Of a stretch of DNA of 64,000 nt, positions 1-9,480 are shown piece by piece. The notes beneath the pieces were generated by a model, which searched no databases, was not told the DNA's origin, and was given only the letters and a program-made list of their open reading frames with translations. Origin of the DNA: an uncultured Gemmatimonadales bacterium (GTDB lineage: Bacteria; Gemmatimonadota; Gemmatimonadetes; Longimicrobiales; Longimicrobiaceae); the NCBI GenBank assembly GCA_963716255.1, contig OY970303.1:1504001-1568000 (forward strand), in the 5' to 3' direction. Position 1 is the first letter of the stretch; each line of letters begins with the position of its first letter. The position numbers and the translations under genes were made by a program.

Positions 1-2
1 TG

Positions 3-338
3 AAGAGCGACGGCGGCGACGTCGTCACGGTGGGGATCACCGACTACGCGCAGGGGGAGCTGGGCGACGTGGTGTTCGTGGAGCTTCCCAAGGTGGGCGA
101 CACCTTCTCGGCGATGCAGGTGTTCGGGACCATCGAGGCCGTCAAGGCCGTCTCCGAGCTGTACTCGCCGGTGGCGGGCGAGGTGGTGGAGGTCAACGGC
201 GCGCTGGACGCCAACCCCGCGCTGGTGAACAACGACCCGTACGGCGAGGGGTGGATGGTGAAGATGCGCGTGGCCGACGCCGCCGCGCTGGACGGGCTGA
301 TGGACGCCGCGGCGTACGAGAGCCTCGTCGGCGCCTGA
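3..338 (+). CDS. gcvH: Glycine cleavage system H protein (5'-truncated by window edge)
   Basis: GITDYAQGELGDVVFVELP, IEAVKAVSELYSP (lipoyl-Lys), NNDPYGEGW; the frame stays open to the window start. Confidence 0.96.
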   Translation, partial: KSDGGDVVTVGITDYAQGELGDVVFVELPKVGDTFSAMQVFGTIEAVKAVSELYSPVAGEVVEVNGALDANPALVNNDPYGEGWMVKMRVADAAALDGLMDAAAYESLVGA

Positions 339-351
339 GAAACCGGACGGG

Positions 352-388
352 AGCGGCGCAGGCGTGAAGCCTGCGCCGCTTCTTTTTT
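352..388 (+). terminator. Rho-independent terminator after gcvH
   Basis: Stem AGCGGCGCAGGC/GCCTGCGCCGCT followed by TCTTTTTT. Confidence 0.8.
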
Positions 389-437
389 CCGCCGACTTTC
401 ACCGAGTCGTGACTCACCGCCGCACCGGAGGACACCC

Positions 438-1127
438 ATGGCGAAGCTGACCTGGCACGGACACTCCACCTTCTCGCTGCACACCGACGACGGCACGCGG
501 ATCATCATCGACCCGTGGCTGGACGGCAACCCACGGGCGGACATCGAGGCGAAAGACGTCGAGGAGCTGGACTTCATCCTGGTCACCCACGGCCACTCCG
601 ACCACTTCGGCGACGTGGTGCCGCTGGCCAAGCGCACCGGGGCCACGGTGGTCTCCACCTTCGAGGTGGCCTCGTTCGCGGGCGAGGAAGGGGCGAAGAG
701 CGTACACGGGATGAACATCGGCGGGGCGCACCGCTTCCCCTTCGGGTGGGTGAAAATGACCATCGCCCACCACACCGGCACGGTGCACGGCGACAAGCAC
801 GGCCGCTTCACAGCCACCCCCGGCGGCTTCCTGGTCACGCTGAACTCCGGCACCCGCCTGTACCACGCCGGCGACACCTCGCTCACGCTGGACATGCAGC
901 TCCTGCGCGGTCAGGTGGACGTCGCCATCCTCCCCATCGGCGACAACTTCACCATGGGCCCCGAGGACGCGGCGAAGGCGGTGGAATTCATCGAGCCGCG
1001 GGTGGTGATCCCCATGCACTACGACACCTTCCCGCTCATCGCGCAGGACACCGAGGAGTTCCGCCGCATGCTCGCTGGCCGCGCCGAGCTGCGCGTCCTC
1101 CAGCCCGGCGGCAGCACGGAGATCTAG
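438..1127 (+). CDS. Metal-dependent hydrolase, metallo-beta-lactamase fold (UPF0173-like)
   Basis: WHGHSTF, IDPW, THGHSDH (HxHxDH), YHAGDT, IPMHY; GGAGG RBS. Confidence 0.9.
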   Translation: MAKLTWHGHSTFSLHTDDGTRIIIDPWLDGNPRADIEAKDVEELDFILVTHGHSDHFGDVVPLAKRTGATVVSTFEVASFAGEEGAKSVHGMNIGGAHRFPFGWVKMTIAHHTGTVHGDKHGRFTATPGGFLVTLNSGTRLYHAGDTSLTLDMQLLRGQVDVAILPIGDNFTMGPEDAAKAVEFIEPRVVIPMHYDTFPLIAQDTEEFRRMLAGRAELRVLQPGGSTEI

Positions 1128-1230
1128 GGAACAGGGAATCCGCCCCGACTGCCCCGTCCACCACCCAAGGGAACAGGGAGCAGCCAGCCCGACATCCGTA
1201 GTTGCAGGCTGTTCCCTATTCCCTGTTCCC
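1127..1230. repeat. GGGAACA heptamer repeats in inverted arrangement
   Basis: GGGAACAGGGAAT at 1127, GGGAACAGGGAGCAGCC at 1169, reverse-complement copy GTTGCAGGCTGTTCCCTATTCCCTGTTCCC at 1201-1230. Confidence 0.7.
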
Positions 1231-1231
1231 C

Positions 1232-2011
1232 ATGCTATTCCGCCTCCTCGACACCCCGCCCGCGCCGGGCGCCTGGAACATGGCCGTGGACGCCGCGCTG
1301 ATGGATGCGGTGCGCGGCGGTGCCCCGCCCGTACTGCGCTTCTACCGCTGGGACCCGCCCTGCCTGTCGCTGGGCCGCAACCAGCCGGCGGCGGGGTGCT
1401 ACGACCTGGAGGCACTGCGGGCGGCGGGGGTGGAAGTGGTACGGCGGCCCACCGGCGGGCGCGCCGTGCTCCACGACCGCGAGCTGACCTACTCCGTGGT
1501 GGCGGCGGACGGGACGCTGGGCGGGCCCCGCGAGAGCTACGCCGCCATCAACCGCGCGCTGGTGGCGGGGCTGCGGAGGCTGGGGGTGGAGGCGCGGCTG
1601 CAGCCGCGCACCGCGGCGCGCGCGCCGGCGCCCTCGCTGGCCCCCTGCTTCAAGGAGCCCGCCGAGGGCGAGGTGGTGGCGGGCGGGCGCAAGCTGGTGG
1701 GGAGCGCACAGCTCCGCGACGACGGCGTCCTCCTGCAGCACGGCTCCCTGCTGCTGGAGGGCGACCAGCGCGAGGTGCGGGCGTGGACGCTGGGCGCGGC
1801 CCCGGACGATGGCGGCGAGACCCCGGCGAGCCTGAGGGAATTGTGCGGCGCCCTGCCGTCCTGGGAGCGGCTGACCATCGCGCTCGCCGCGGGATGGGAG
1901 GAGGCCACGGGCGCCCTGCTGGCGCCGGGGGAGCTGTCCGCCGCGGAGGCCGCGGAGGCCGCGCGGATCCGCGCCCGCTTCGTCGACCCGGCATGGACCT
2001 GGCATCACTGA
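1232..2011 (+). CDS. Lipoate-protein ligase / octanoyltransferase (LipM/LplA family)
   Basis: NMAVD, LRFYRW, LSLGRNQ, RRPTGGRAVLHD, GRKLVGSAQ, LQHGS; close to gcvH. Confidence 0.88.
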   Translation: MLFRLLDTPPAPGAWNMAVDAALMDAVRGGAPPVLRFYRWDPPCLSLGRNQPAAGCYDLEALRAAGVEVVRRPTGGRAVLHDRELTYSVVAADGTLGGPRESYAAINRALVAGLRRLGVEARLQPRTAARAPAPSLAPCFKEPAEGEVVAGGRKLVGSAQLRDDGVLLQHGSLLLEGDQREVRAWTLGAAPDDGGETPASLRELCGALPSWERLTIALAAGWEEATGALLAPGELSAAEAAEAARIRARFVDPAWTWHH

Positions 2012-2087
2012 GCGCCTTGCTCCTTGCCGCGGGCCGGGCGTAAGTTGCCGGTCTGCGACAGCGCCGAAACGTCCGTCGGGGGGAAGC

Positions 2088-3725
2088 ATGCGCATGGGTA
2101 CAGCGTACAGGCTGGGGTGGGTGGCGGCGGCGGTCCTGCTCGCCGCGTGCGGGGGCGGGGGCGACGCGGCCGGGGGTGGCGGAGCGCGGGCGGATGCCGG
2201 CGCGCCGGTCAACGGGGGCACCGCCGTGGTCGCGGTCAAGGCCGACTTCGGCGGCTTCAACCCGGTGACCAACAACGCCCTGGCCACCGACGACGTCATC
2301 AAGTTCATGTTGTTCACCCCGCTCGTGCAGTTCGACGAGAAGTTCACCCCGCAGCCCTACCTGGCCGAGTCCTGGCAGCTCGCCGACAGCAGCGTCACCT
2401 TCAAGATCCGCCAGGGCGTCACCTGGCACGACGGCAAGCCGCTCACCGCCGAGGACGTCAAGTTCACCTTCGACCTGGCGAAGAACCCGGAGAGCGCCGC
2501 CGGGGTGGCCGGCACCTACCTGGGGCTGGTGAAGTCCGCCACCGTCCTGGACCCGCACACCATCCGCTTCGACTTCGTGGCGCCGCACGCGCAGCCGCTG
2601 GAGGACTTCTGGTGGGCGCCGGTTCCCAGGCACCTGCTGCAGGGCGTCCCCCCCGCGCAGCTGTCGCAGGCGCCGTACAACCTGAAGCCGGTGGGGAGCG
2701 GACCCTACAAGTTCGGCGCGTGGCAGCAGGGGCAGCAGCTCGTGCTGGAGGCCAACCCGCAGTTCCCGCAGGCCATGGGCGGGCGTCCCCGGCTGGACCG
2801 CGTGGTGTTCCGCATCACCCCCGAGGCCACCACCCGGCTGACGGAGCTGACCAACGGCGCGGTGGACGTGGACTACTCCATCCTCCCGGACGAGGCGCAG
2901 CAGCTGCAGCGCCAGCAGGGGATCGAGCTGGAGCGGTACACCTCGCGCGAGATGACGTACATCGGGTGGAACAACGAGCGCGAGCCCTTCAACGACCCCG
3001 CGGTGCGCCGCGCCATGACGCTGGCGATCGACCGTGCCCGCATCATCGAGGCGCTGATGTTCGGCTTCGCCAAGCCGGCCGGCTCGGTGATCGCCCCGGT
3101 GACCCCGCTCGCCCCCGACCTCGCCCCGCTCCCGGCGAACCCGGCCCAGGCCCGCCAGCTCCTGGCGCAGGCAGGGTGGCGCGACGGCAACGGCGACGGC
3201 ATCGTGGAAAAGGGCGGGAAGCCGCTGCGCTTCATCATCATCACCAACGCCTCCAACAAGCTGTTCCAGGACATCGCCACCGTGGTGCAGCAGCAGCTGC
3301 GGGCCGTGGGGGCGGACGCGCAGCTCCGCACCATCGAGTTCCAGACGCTGCTCCAGCAGCACCGGGCGCGCGACTACGACGCCATCATCACCAACTGGAC
3401 CTGGGACTACTTCCGGCCGGACCCCACGCCGCTGTTCTCCTGCGAGCAGGCGCGCAAGGAGCGGTCGGCCAACCGCGCCGGCTACTGCAATCCGCAGGCG
3501 GACCAGCTGATGCAGGCGGGGCTCCGCGAGATGGACCCCGCCCGCGCCAAACAGGTGTGGACCCAGTTTTCGCAGGTGATCCAGCAGGACCAGCCCATCA
3601 CCCTGCTCTACTGGACGGAAGAGATCGCCGGGGTGGGGCCGCGTCTGCAGGGGGCGGACATGGACGCGCGCAGCAAGCTGGTGAACGCCGCCCGGTGGTG
3701 GATCCCGGCCAACCGGCGGCGGTGA
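2088..3725 (+). CDS. Peptide/nickel ABC transporter substrate-binding lipoprotein (family 5)
   Basis: Lipobox LAAC, LAESW, TWHDGKPLTAEDVKFT, PVGSGPYK. Confidence 0.92.
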   Translation: MRMGTAYRLGWVAAAVLLAACGGGGDAAGGGGARADAGAPVNGGTAVVAVKADFGGFNPVTNNALATDDVIKFMLFTPLVQFDEKFTPQPYLAESWQLADSSVTFKIRQGVTWHDGKPLTAEDVKFTFDLAKNPESAAGVAGTYLGLVKSATVLDPHTIRFDFVAPHAQPLEDFWWAPVPRHLLQGVPPAQLSQAPYNLKPVGSGPYKFGAWQQGQQLVLEANPQFPQAMGGRPRLDRVVFRITPEATTRLTELTNGAVDVDYSILPDEAQQLQRQQGIELERYTSREMTYIGWNNEREPFNDPAVRRAMTLAIDRARIIEALMFGFAKPAGSVIAPVTPLAPDLAPLPANPAQARQLLAQAGWRDGNGDGIVEKGGKPLRFIIITNASNKLFQDIATVVQQQLRAVGADAQLRTIEFQTLLQQHRARDYDAIITNWTWDYFRPDPTPLFSCEQARKERSANRAGYCNPQADQLMQAGLREMDPARAKQVWTQFSQVIQQDQPITLLYWTEEIAGVGPRLQGADMDARSKLVNAARWWIPANRRR

Positions 3726-3923
3726 GCGCGCGGAGCACGGCGTAGCCGGACCCGTCGCGCGCCGGGGCGCTCCACGCACGTGGAGCGCCCCGGCGGCCCG
3801 GCCTTCCTCCCCGCCCTCTTCCCGGCCGCGGCCCCGCGGCGTCACGATCTTCCCGGCGCGGACGGCGTGGTGGATCCCCGCTCGGCTCCCTGCCGGGCGG
3901 ACAACCCGAGACTTCAACGTCAG

Positions 3924-5648
3924 ATGATGCGACTCGCGCAGACGTGTTTCCGGAGGGCGGCACTCGCCCTGGTGCTGTCCACCGTGGCGGCCGCCTGCGG
4001 CGGCGGCGACGCCGGTGAGGAAGGGGCCAAGGGCGGGGCCGCCGGCGACCGCGACGCGGTGCAGCGGGGCGGCACGGCGGTGCTGTCCGAGCTGTCGGAC
4101 ATGAGCAAGCCGCTCCCGTTCCTGTACGAAGGCAACGTGGACACCGACCTGGGCGACATCCTGTACATGCCCCTCCTCCGCTCCGAGTGGAGGGACGGCC
4201 GGGCCGTCTACCTGACCTCGCACGACAACCCCATGGCCATCGCCTGGCACTGGGAGTTCGCGGGGCCCGACTCCTCCGCCATCCGCTACCGGATGCGCTC
4301 GGCGCTCAAGTGGTCCGACGGCCAGCCGCTCACCGCGCACGACGTGGTGTGGACCTACAGGATGACGGCCGACCCCAAGGTCGCCTCGCCGCAGCAGTAC
4401 TACACCGAGAACCTGGACTCCGTCGCGGCGGAGAACGACTCCACCGTGGTCTTCCACTTCAAGCGGCGCTACCCGGAGATGCTCTTCCACTCCGGCCTGC
4501 CCATCGCCCCGAGGCACGCCTACGAGGGGTCGGACCCGGCGCAGATCCGCTCGCACCGACGCCTGCTCACGCCCGACGACGGGGCGCTGGTGGTGAGCGG
4601 GCCCTTCATGGTGGGGAGCTGGCGCAAGGGGCAGCAGATCACCTTCGTCCCCAACCCCCACTTCCCGGTCCGCCCCAACCTGGACCGGATCGTCATCCGC
4701 ATCATCCCCGAGGCCACCACGCGGCTGGTGGAGCTGCAGCGGGGGGCGCTGGACTTCACCCGCCCCATCCCGCACGACCAGATCCCCAACCTGCGCAGGC
4801 AGCCGGGGATCCGCTTCGAGCGCGAGCGCCAGCGGAGCTACGACTACATCGCCTACAATCCAAAGGCGATGGACGCCTTCGCCGACCCGGAGGTCCGCCG
4901 CGCGCTCAGCCTGGCGATCGATGCGCGGGCGCTGATCCGGGGGCTCCAGATGCAGGACTTCGCCGTGCCCGCGGGCGGACCGTACGCTCCCATCTTCCGG
5001 GACCTGTACGACCCGCAGCGGACTCCCCCGCTCCCCTACGACACCCTCCAGGCGCGGCGGATCCTGGACGCGAAGGGGTGGCGGGACACGGACGGAGACG
5101 GGATCCGGGAAAAGGACGGAAAGCCGTTCCGCTTCACGCTCCTCACCAACGCCGGGAACGTGCGCAAGGCGGACGTGCAGCAGATCGTCCAGCAGCAGCT
5201 CAAGCGGGTCGGGGTGGACGTGCGCCTTCAGCAGCTGGAGTTCAACACCTTTCAGGAGCGGCAGCTGAGCCAGAGCTACGAGGCGCTGCTGGGGACCTGG
5301 ATCGTGGGGCTGAGCGCGGACATCACGCCGCTGTGGGCCGAGGGCAGCCCGCAGAACATCGTCTCGTACCGGAACCCGCGCGTCAAGCAGCTCTTCGAGC
5401 AGGCGCTCGCCCAGCCCAACGAGCAGGCGGCGGCGCAGTACTGGCGCGCCGCCGCCGAGCAGATCGCCCGGGACCAGCCGTACACCTTCCTGTACTTCTT
5501 CGACCAGGTGGACGGGGTGCGCGACCGCCTCCAGGGGATGAAGATCGACACCTACGGCGCCTACCAGAACGCCTGGCAGTGGTGGGTCCGGAGCGAGCAG
5601 CCGGGGGGCGCCGCGGCCCCGCCGCCGGCCGACACCGCGGCACGGTAG
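3924..5648 (+). CDS. Second family-5 ABC substrate-binding lipoprotein
   Basis: Lipobox VAAAC, KWSDGQPLTAHDVVWT, SGPF, VRRALSLAID. Confidence 0.9.
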   Translation: MMRLAQTCFRRAALALVLSTVAAACGGGDAGEEGAKGGAAGDRDAVQRGGTAVLSELSDMSKPLPFLYEGNVDTDLGDILYMPLLRSEWRDGRAVYLTSHDNPMAIAWHWEFAGPDSSAIRYRMRSALKWSDGQPLTAHDVVWTYRMTADPKVASPQQYYTENLDSVAAENDSTVVFHFKRRYPEMLFHSGLPIAPRHAYEGSDPAQIRSHRRLLTPDDGALVVSGPFMVGSWRKGQQITFVPNPHFPVRPNLDRIVIRIIPEATTRLVELQRGALDFTRPIPHDQIPNLRRQPGIRFERERQRSYDYIAYNPKAMDAFADPEVRRALSLAIDARALIRGLQMQDFAVPAGGPYAPIFRDLYDPQRTPPLPYDTLQARRILDAKGWRDTDGDGIREKDGKPFRFTLLTNAGNVRKADVQQIVQQQLKRVGVDVRLQQLEFNTFQERQLSQSYEALLGTWIVGLSADITPLWAEGSPQNIVSYRNPRVKQLFEQALAQPNEQAAAQYWRAAAEQIARDQPYTFLYFFDQVDGVRDRLQGMKIDTYGAYQNAWQWWVRSEQPGGAAAPPPADTAAR

Positions 5649-5666
5649 GACCGGGCGGCGCCCGGA

Positions 5667-5703
5667 CGCGGCCCCCACCGGACGGTGGGGGCCGCGCTTT
5701 TTT
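5667..5703 (+). terminator. Rho-independent terminator or attenuating hairpin after the binding-protein genes
   Basis: CGCGGCCCCCACC-GGAC-GGTGGGGGCCGCG followed by CTTTTTT. Confidence 0.72.
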
Positions 5704-5810
5704 CGCGGGGATCCGCGCCGGGCCGGACCTTCCGGTCCGAATTCTGCGAGCGGGGGAAACGCGCGGCTCCGCCGCGCGCTGGCAACGTGGACGGGAGAGG
5801 AGCGACTCGC

Positions 5811-6800
5811 TTGATCGGCTACCTGCTGCGGCGGCTTCTGGGCGCGGTCCCCCTCCTGCTGGGGATCCTGACGCTGATCTTCTTCATCATCCACCTCGCC
5901 CCCGGCGACCCCACGGCGCGGTTCTTCAACCCCAACGTGTCGCCCGAGGTGATCGAGCAGATGCGCCGCAACCTGGGGCTGGACCAGCCGCTTCACGTCC
6001 AGTACTTCAAGTGGCTGAGCGCCTTCATCCGCGGCGACTTCGGGTACTCCTTCGGGCAGATGCGGCCCATCTCGGAGATCCTCCCCGAGACGCTCTGGAA
6101 CACCCTCCAGCTCACGCTCATCTCCCTGGTCATCATCTTCATCCTGGGAATGCTGATCGGGATCGTGCAGGCGGTGCGCCAGTACTCGCTGGCCGACAAC
6201 GTCCTCACCTTTCTGGCGCTGTTCTTTTATTCGATGCCGAGCTTCTGGCTCGCGCTCATGCTGATCCTGGTCTTCTCGCTCAAGGCGGCGCAGTGGGGGC
6301 TTCCCACCTGGCTCCAGTTCCCCGCCGCGCAGATGATGAGCGTGGGAGCGGAGTACCTGCCGCCCGGCGCGCAGTTCGTGGACCGGCTGGAGCACCTGTT
6401 CCTCCCCGCGGTGGCGCTGGGGATCGGCTCGGCGGCGGGCGTCGCGCGCTACATGCGCGGCTCCATGCTGGAGGTGATCCACCAGGACTTCATCCGGACG
6501 GCGCGGGCCAAGGGGCTCTCGGAGCGCACGGTGATCTTCAAGCACGCGCTCCGCAACGCGCTGATCCCCATCATCACGCTGCTCGGGCTGTACCTGCCGT
6601 TCCTGCTCTCCGGGGCGGTGCTGGTGGAGACCATCTTCTCCTGGCCGGGGATGGGGCGGCTGATCGTGGACGCGATCTTCCAGCGCGACTACCCGCTGGT
6701 GATGGCGACCTCGTTCGTGATCGCGGCCATCGTGATCTTCGGCAACCTGATCTCGGACGTGCTGTACGCGGTGGTGGATCCGCGGATTCGCAATGACTGA
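5811..6800 (+). CDS. Peptide ABC transporter permease (DppB/OppB type)
   Basis: YLLRRL, PGDP, LGLDQP, GDFGYS, TARAKGL, HALRNAL, VDPRI; TTG start after GAGGAG. Confidence 0.93.
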   Translation: MIGYLLRRLLGAVPLLLGILTLIFFIIHLAPGDPTARFFNPNVSPEVIEQMRRNLGLDQPLHVQYFKWLSAFIRGDFGYSFGQMRPISEILPETLWNTLQLTLISLVIIFILGMLIGIVQAVRQYSLADNVLTFLALFFYSMPSFWLALMLILVFSLKAAQWGLPTWLQFPAAQMMSVGAEYLPPGAQFVDRLEHLFLPAVALGIGSAAGVARYMRGSMLEVIHQDFIRTARAKGLSERTVIFKHALRNALIPIITLLGLYLPFLLSGAVLVETIFSWPGMGRLIVDAIFQRDYPLVMATSFVIAAIVIFGNLISDVLYAVVDPRIRND

Positions 6801-6828
6801 ATTACGGGAACTGCAACGGCTCGGGTTG

Positions 6829-6955
6829 GGGCGAATGCCGGCTGGCGCCGGCACCGCGCTCTATTCCACTGGACACGAAACGACCGTGTCCCGTGGAACG
6901 GAGCCGCCGGAAACTGCCCCGGCGTCTCCGCCCTTCGGGTCACGATCGCTTTCGC
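6829..6955 (+). repeat. Structured intergenic element, subtype B (Flavo-1-like core)
   Basis: GGGCGAA...CCGCGCT...AAACGAC loop...AAACTGCC loop...CTTCGG...ATCGCTTTCGC. Confidence 0.85.
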
Positions 6956-7003
6956 AACTGCAACGGCCACGGCGACTGCGACGGCCACTGCAACAGCAAC
7001 TGC
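6954..7003 (+). repeat. Degenerate GCNACN hexamer tandem run
   Basis: GCAACT GCAACG GCCACG GCGACT GCGACG GCCACT GCAACA GCAACT. Confidence 0.7.
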
Positions 7004-7019
7004 TCGCCGGGATGAATTG

Positions 7020-8180
7020 ATGCGCGCATCGCCTGACGTGGAAGCTTCGCCGCCGGAGCCGCTGCCGGACACCCTCGGGGCCGCGGGGGGTGCGCCGGTC
7101 CGGGGGGAGGGGCTGGCGTGGACCGCGGTCGCAGGGCTGGTGCTGGCCTGGGGGCTGGTGGCCGGGCTGGCGTACCTGTCGTGGGGGCGGATCGCCGGGA
7201 TGCCGAGGATGCGGCGGGTGCCGGTGGACATGTACCTGGCGGTGGCGACGCTGGCGCTGCTCGCGCTGGGGATGGTGCTCTGGACGATGCGGAGCGTGGC
7301 GCAGCAGCGGAGCCGCGCGGCGCGCGTGCGCGGCGACTCGCAGTGGGCCATCGCGGGGCGGCACTTCCGCAGGAACCGCATGGCGATGGGCGGGCTGGTC
7401 ATCATGATCCTGCTGTACGTCGTCACGCTGGTGACGCCGCTGATCGCCCCGTACGACCCGTCGGCGCAGGGCGACATCGTGCTGACGCGCTACCTGCCGC
7501 CCTCGGCGGAGCACCTGATGGGCACCGACAAGTTCGGGCGCGACATCTTCTCGCGGGTGCTCTTCGGGGCGCGCATCTCGCTCTCCATCGGGTTCATCGC
7601 GGTGGGGATCAGCATCACGCTGGGAACGCTGCTGGGGGCGGTGGCCGGCTACTTCGGGGGGATCACGGACGGGGTGCTCATGCGCCTGACGGACATGATG
7701 CTCTCCTTCCCCCGGCTGGTGCTGCTGATCGTGGTGATCGCCCTCTTCGAGCCGTCCATCTGGCTGGTGGTGACGGTGCTGGGGCTTTCCGGGTGGATGG
7801 GGACGGCCCGCATCGTCCGCGGCGAGGTGCTGTCGCTGCGCGAGCGCGAGTTCGTGCAGGCGGCGCGCGCGCTGGGGATGGGCGACACGCGCATCATCCT
7901 GCGCCACGTGATCCCCAACACGCTGGCGCCGGTGATCGTGTCCGCCACGCTCGGCATCGGTCAGACCATCCTCACGGAGGCGTCGCTCTCCTTCCTGGGG
8001 CTGGGCGTGCAGCCGCCCACCGCGAGCTGGGGGAACATGGTCTCGGACGGGCGCGACGCGCTGGTCACGGCCTGGTGGATCGCCACCTTCCCCGGCCTGG
8101 CCATCGTGTTCACCGTGATCGCCTTCAACCTGCTGGGGGACGGACTGCGCGACGCCCTGGACCCGCGGCTGAGGACGTGA
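7020..8180 (+). CDS. Peptide ABC transporter permease (DppC/OppC type) with extra N-terminal TM segments
   Basis: HLMGTDKFGRDIFSR, REREFVQAARALG, RHVIPN, LSFLGLG, GDGLRDALDP; start uncertain (7017 or 7020). Confidence 0.92.
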   Translation: MRASPDVEASPPEPLPDTLGAAGGAPVRGEGLAWTAVAGLVLAWGLVAGLAYLSWGRIAGMPRMRRVPVDMYLAVATLALLALGMVLWTMRSVAQQRSRAARVRGDSQWAIAGRHFRRNRMAMGGLVIMILLYVVTLVTPLIAPYDPSAQGDIVLTRYLPPSAEHLMGTDKFGRDIFSRVLFGARISLSIGFIAVGISITLGTLLGAVAGYFGGITDGVLMRLTDMMLSFPRLVLLIVVIALFEPSIWLVVTVLGLSGWMGTARIVRGEVLSLREREFVQAARALGMGDTRIILRHVIPNTLAPVIVSATLGIGQTILTEASLSFLGLGVQPPTASWGNMVSDGRDALVTAWWIATFPGLAIVFTVIAFNLLGDGLRDALDPRLRT

Positions 8181-8198
8181 GCGAGATGCCGAGCCCCC

Positions 8199-8324
8199 GC
8201 GAAAGCGATCGTGACCCGAAGGGCGGAGACCCGGCGCGGTTTGCCGGGGCTCCGTTCTCCTGGACACGGTCGTTTCGTGTCCAGGAGAATAGAGCGCGGT
8301 GCCGGCTCCAGCCGGCATTCGCCC
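8199..8324 (-). repeat. Structured intergenic element, subtype B
   Basis: Reverse-complement homolog of 6829-6955. Confidence 0.85.
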
Positions 8325-8346
8325 GAGCCATCTTCCAGAATCCGTG

Positions 8347-9480
8347 ATGCCTGAGCCGATCCTGCAGGTGGAAAACCTCCGCACCTACTTCCGCACGGAC
8401 GCGGGGGTGGCGCGCGCCGTGGACGGCGTCTCCTTTCACGTGAACCCCGGGGAAACGCTGGGGATCGTGGGGGAGTCGGGGAGCGGCAAGTCGGTGACCT
8501 CGCTGTCGGTGATGCGGCTCATCCCGCAGCCGCCGGGGCGTATCGAGCCGGGGTCCAGGATCCTCTTCCGCGGCGCGGCGGGGGTGGAGGACCTGGCGGC
8601 GGTGCCGGAGTCGCGCATGCGCCAGATCCGCGGCAACGACATCGCCATGATCTTCCAGGAGCCCATGACCTCGCTGAACCCGGTGTTCACCGTGGGCGAG
8701 CAGATCATGGAGTCGCTGCGGCTGCACCAGAAGATGGACAAGCGGGCGTCGCGCCGCCGGGCCATCGAGATGCTTCACCTGGTGGGGATCCCCATCCCCG
8801 ACCAGCGGGTGGACGAGTACCCGCACCAGCTCTCGGGAGGGATGCGGCAGCGGGTGATGATCGCCATGGCGCTGGCCTGCGACCCCAGGCTGCTGATCGC
8901 GGACGAGCCCACCACAGCGCTGGACGTGACCATCCAGGCGCAGATCCTGGAGTTGCTGAACCGGCTCCAGAAGGAGCTGGGGATGTCCATCATCCTCATC
9001 ACGCACGACCTGGGGGTGGTGGCGGAGACGTGCGACCGGGTGATCGTGATGTACGCGGGGCAGGTGTTCGAGGAGGGGCCGGTGGGCGACATCTTCGCGG
9101 ACCCGCAGAACCCGTACACGGAGGGGCTGCTGCGCTCCATGCCGCGACTGGGCGAGGAGGTGGAGCGGCTGGCGGTGATCCCGGGGGTGGTCCCGGCGCC
9201 CACCGCCTGGCCGGCGGGGTGCCGTTTCGCGGAGCGCTGCCCGTACGGCTGGGAAAAGACGGTGCGGGAGGACCCGCCGCTCTTCGACATCGGCGGGGGG
9301 CGCCGCAACAAGTGCTGGCTGGTGGAGTACCCGGAGCGCCGCGACGAGGTGCGGCGCGCGGGCGGCGGGTTCACCCCCGCGGGGGCGGCCACGGGAACGG
9401 GCGCGGCCACGCCGGTGGCGGGTCGGCCGGAGGACGTGGCGCCGCCCCCCGCGGGCGCGGCGGGGGAGGAGGTGGGCTGA
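8347..9480 (+). CDS. Peptide ABC transporter ATPase (DppD/OppD type)
   Basis: GESGSGKS Walker [21 protein letters not shown]-terminal GCRFAERC. Confidence 0.94.
   Translation: MPEPILQVENLRTYFRTDAGVARAVDGVSFHVNPGETLGIVGESGSGKSVTSLSVMRLIPQPPGRIEPGSRILFRGAAGVEDLAAVPESRMRQIRGNDIAMIFQEPMTSLNPVFTVGEQIMESLRLHQKMDKRASRRRAIEMLHLVGIPIPDQRVDEYPHQLSGGMRQRVMIAMALACDPRLLIADEPTTALDVTIQAQILELLNRLQKELGMSIILITHDLGVVAETCDRVIVMYAGQVFEEGPVGDIFADPQNPYTEGLLRSMPRLGEEVERLAVIPGVVPAPTAWPAGCRFAERCPYGWEKTVREDPPLFDIGGGRRNKCWLVEYPERRDEVRRAGGGFTPAGAATGTGAATPVAGRPEDVAPPPAGAAGEEVG

Noticed and set aside
1650..6854. 1,734-aa minus-strand ORF and many similar long Arg/Pro/Gly-rich ORFs (e.g. 32383-38151, 48346-52392, 20081-23212)
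   Set aside because: Shadow or alternative-frame ORFs overlapping well-supported genes, with low-complexity composition typical of GC-rich DNA.
6793..7020. 75-aa ORF between the two permease genes
   Set aside because: Made up almost entirely of the subtype B repeat and the hexamer run, despite its overlap with the neighbouring stop and start codons.
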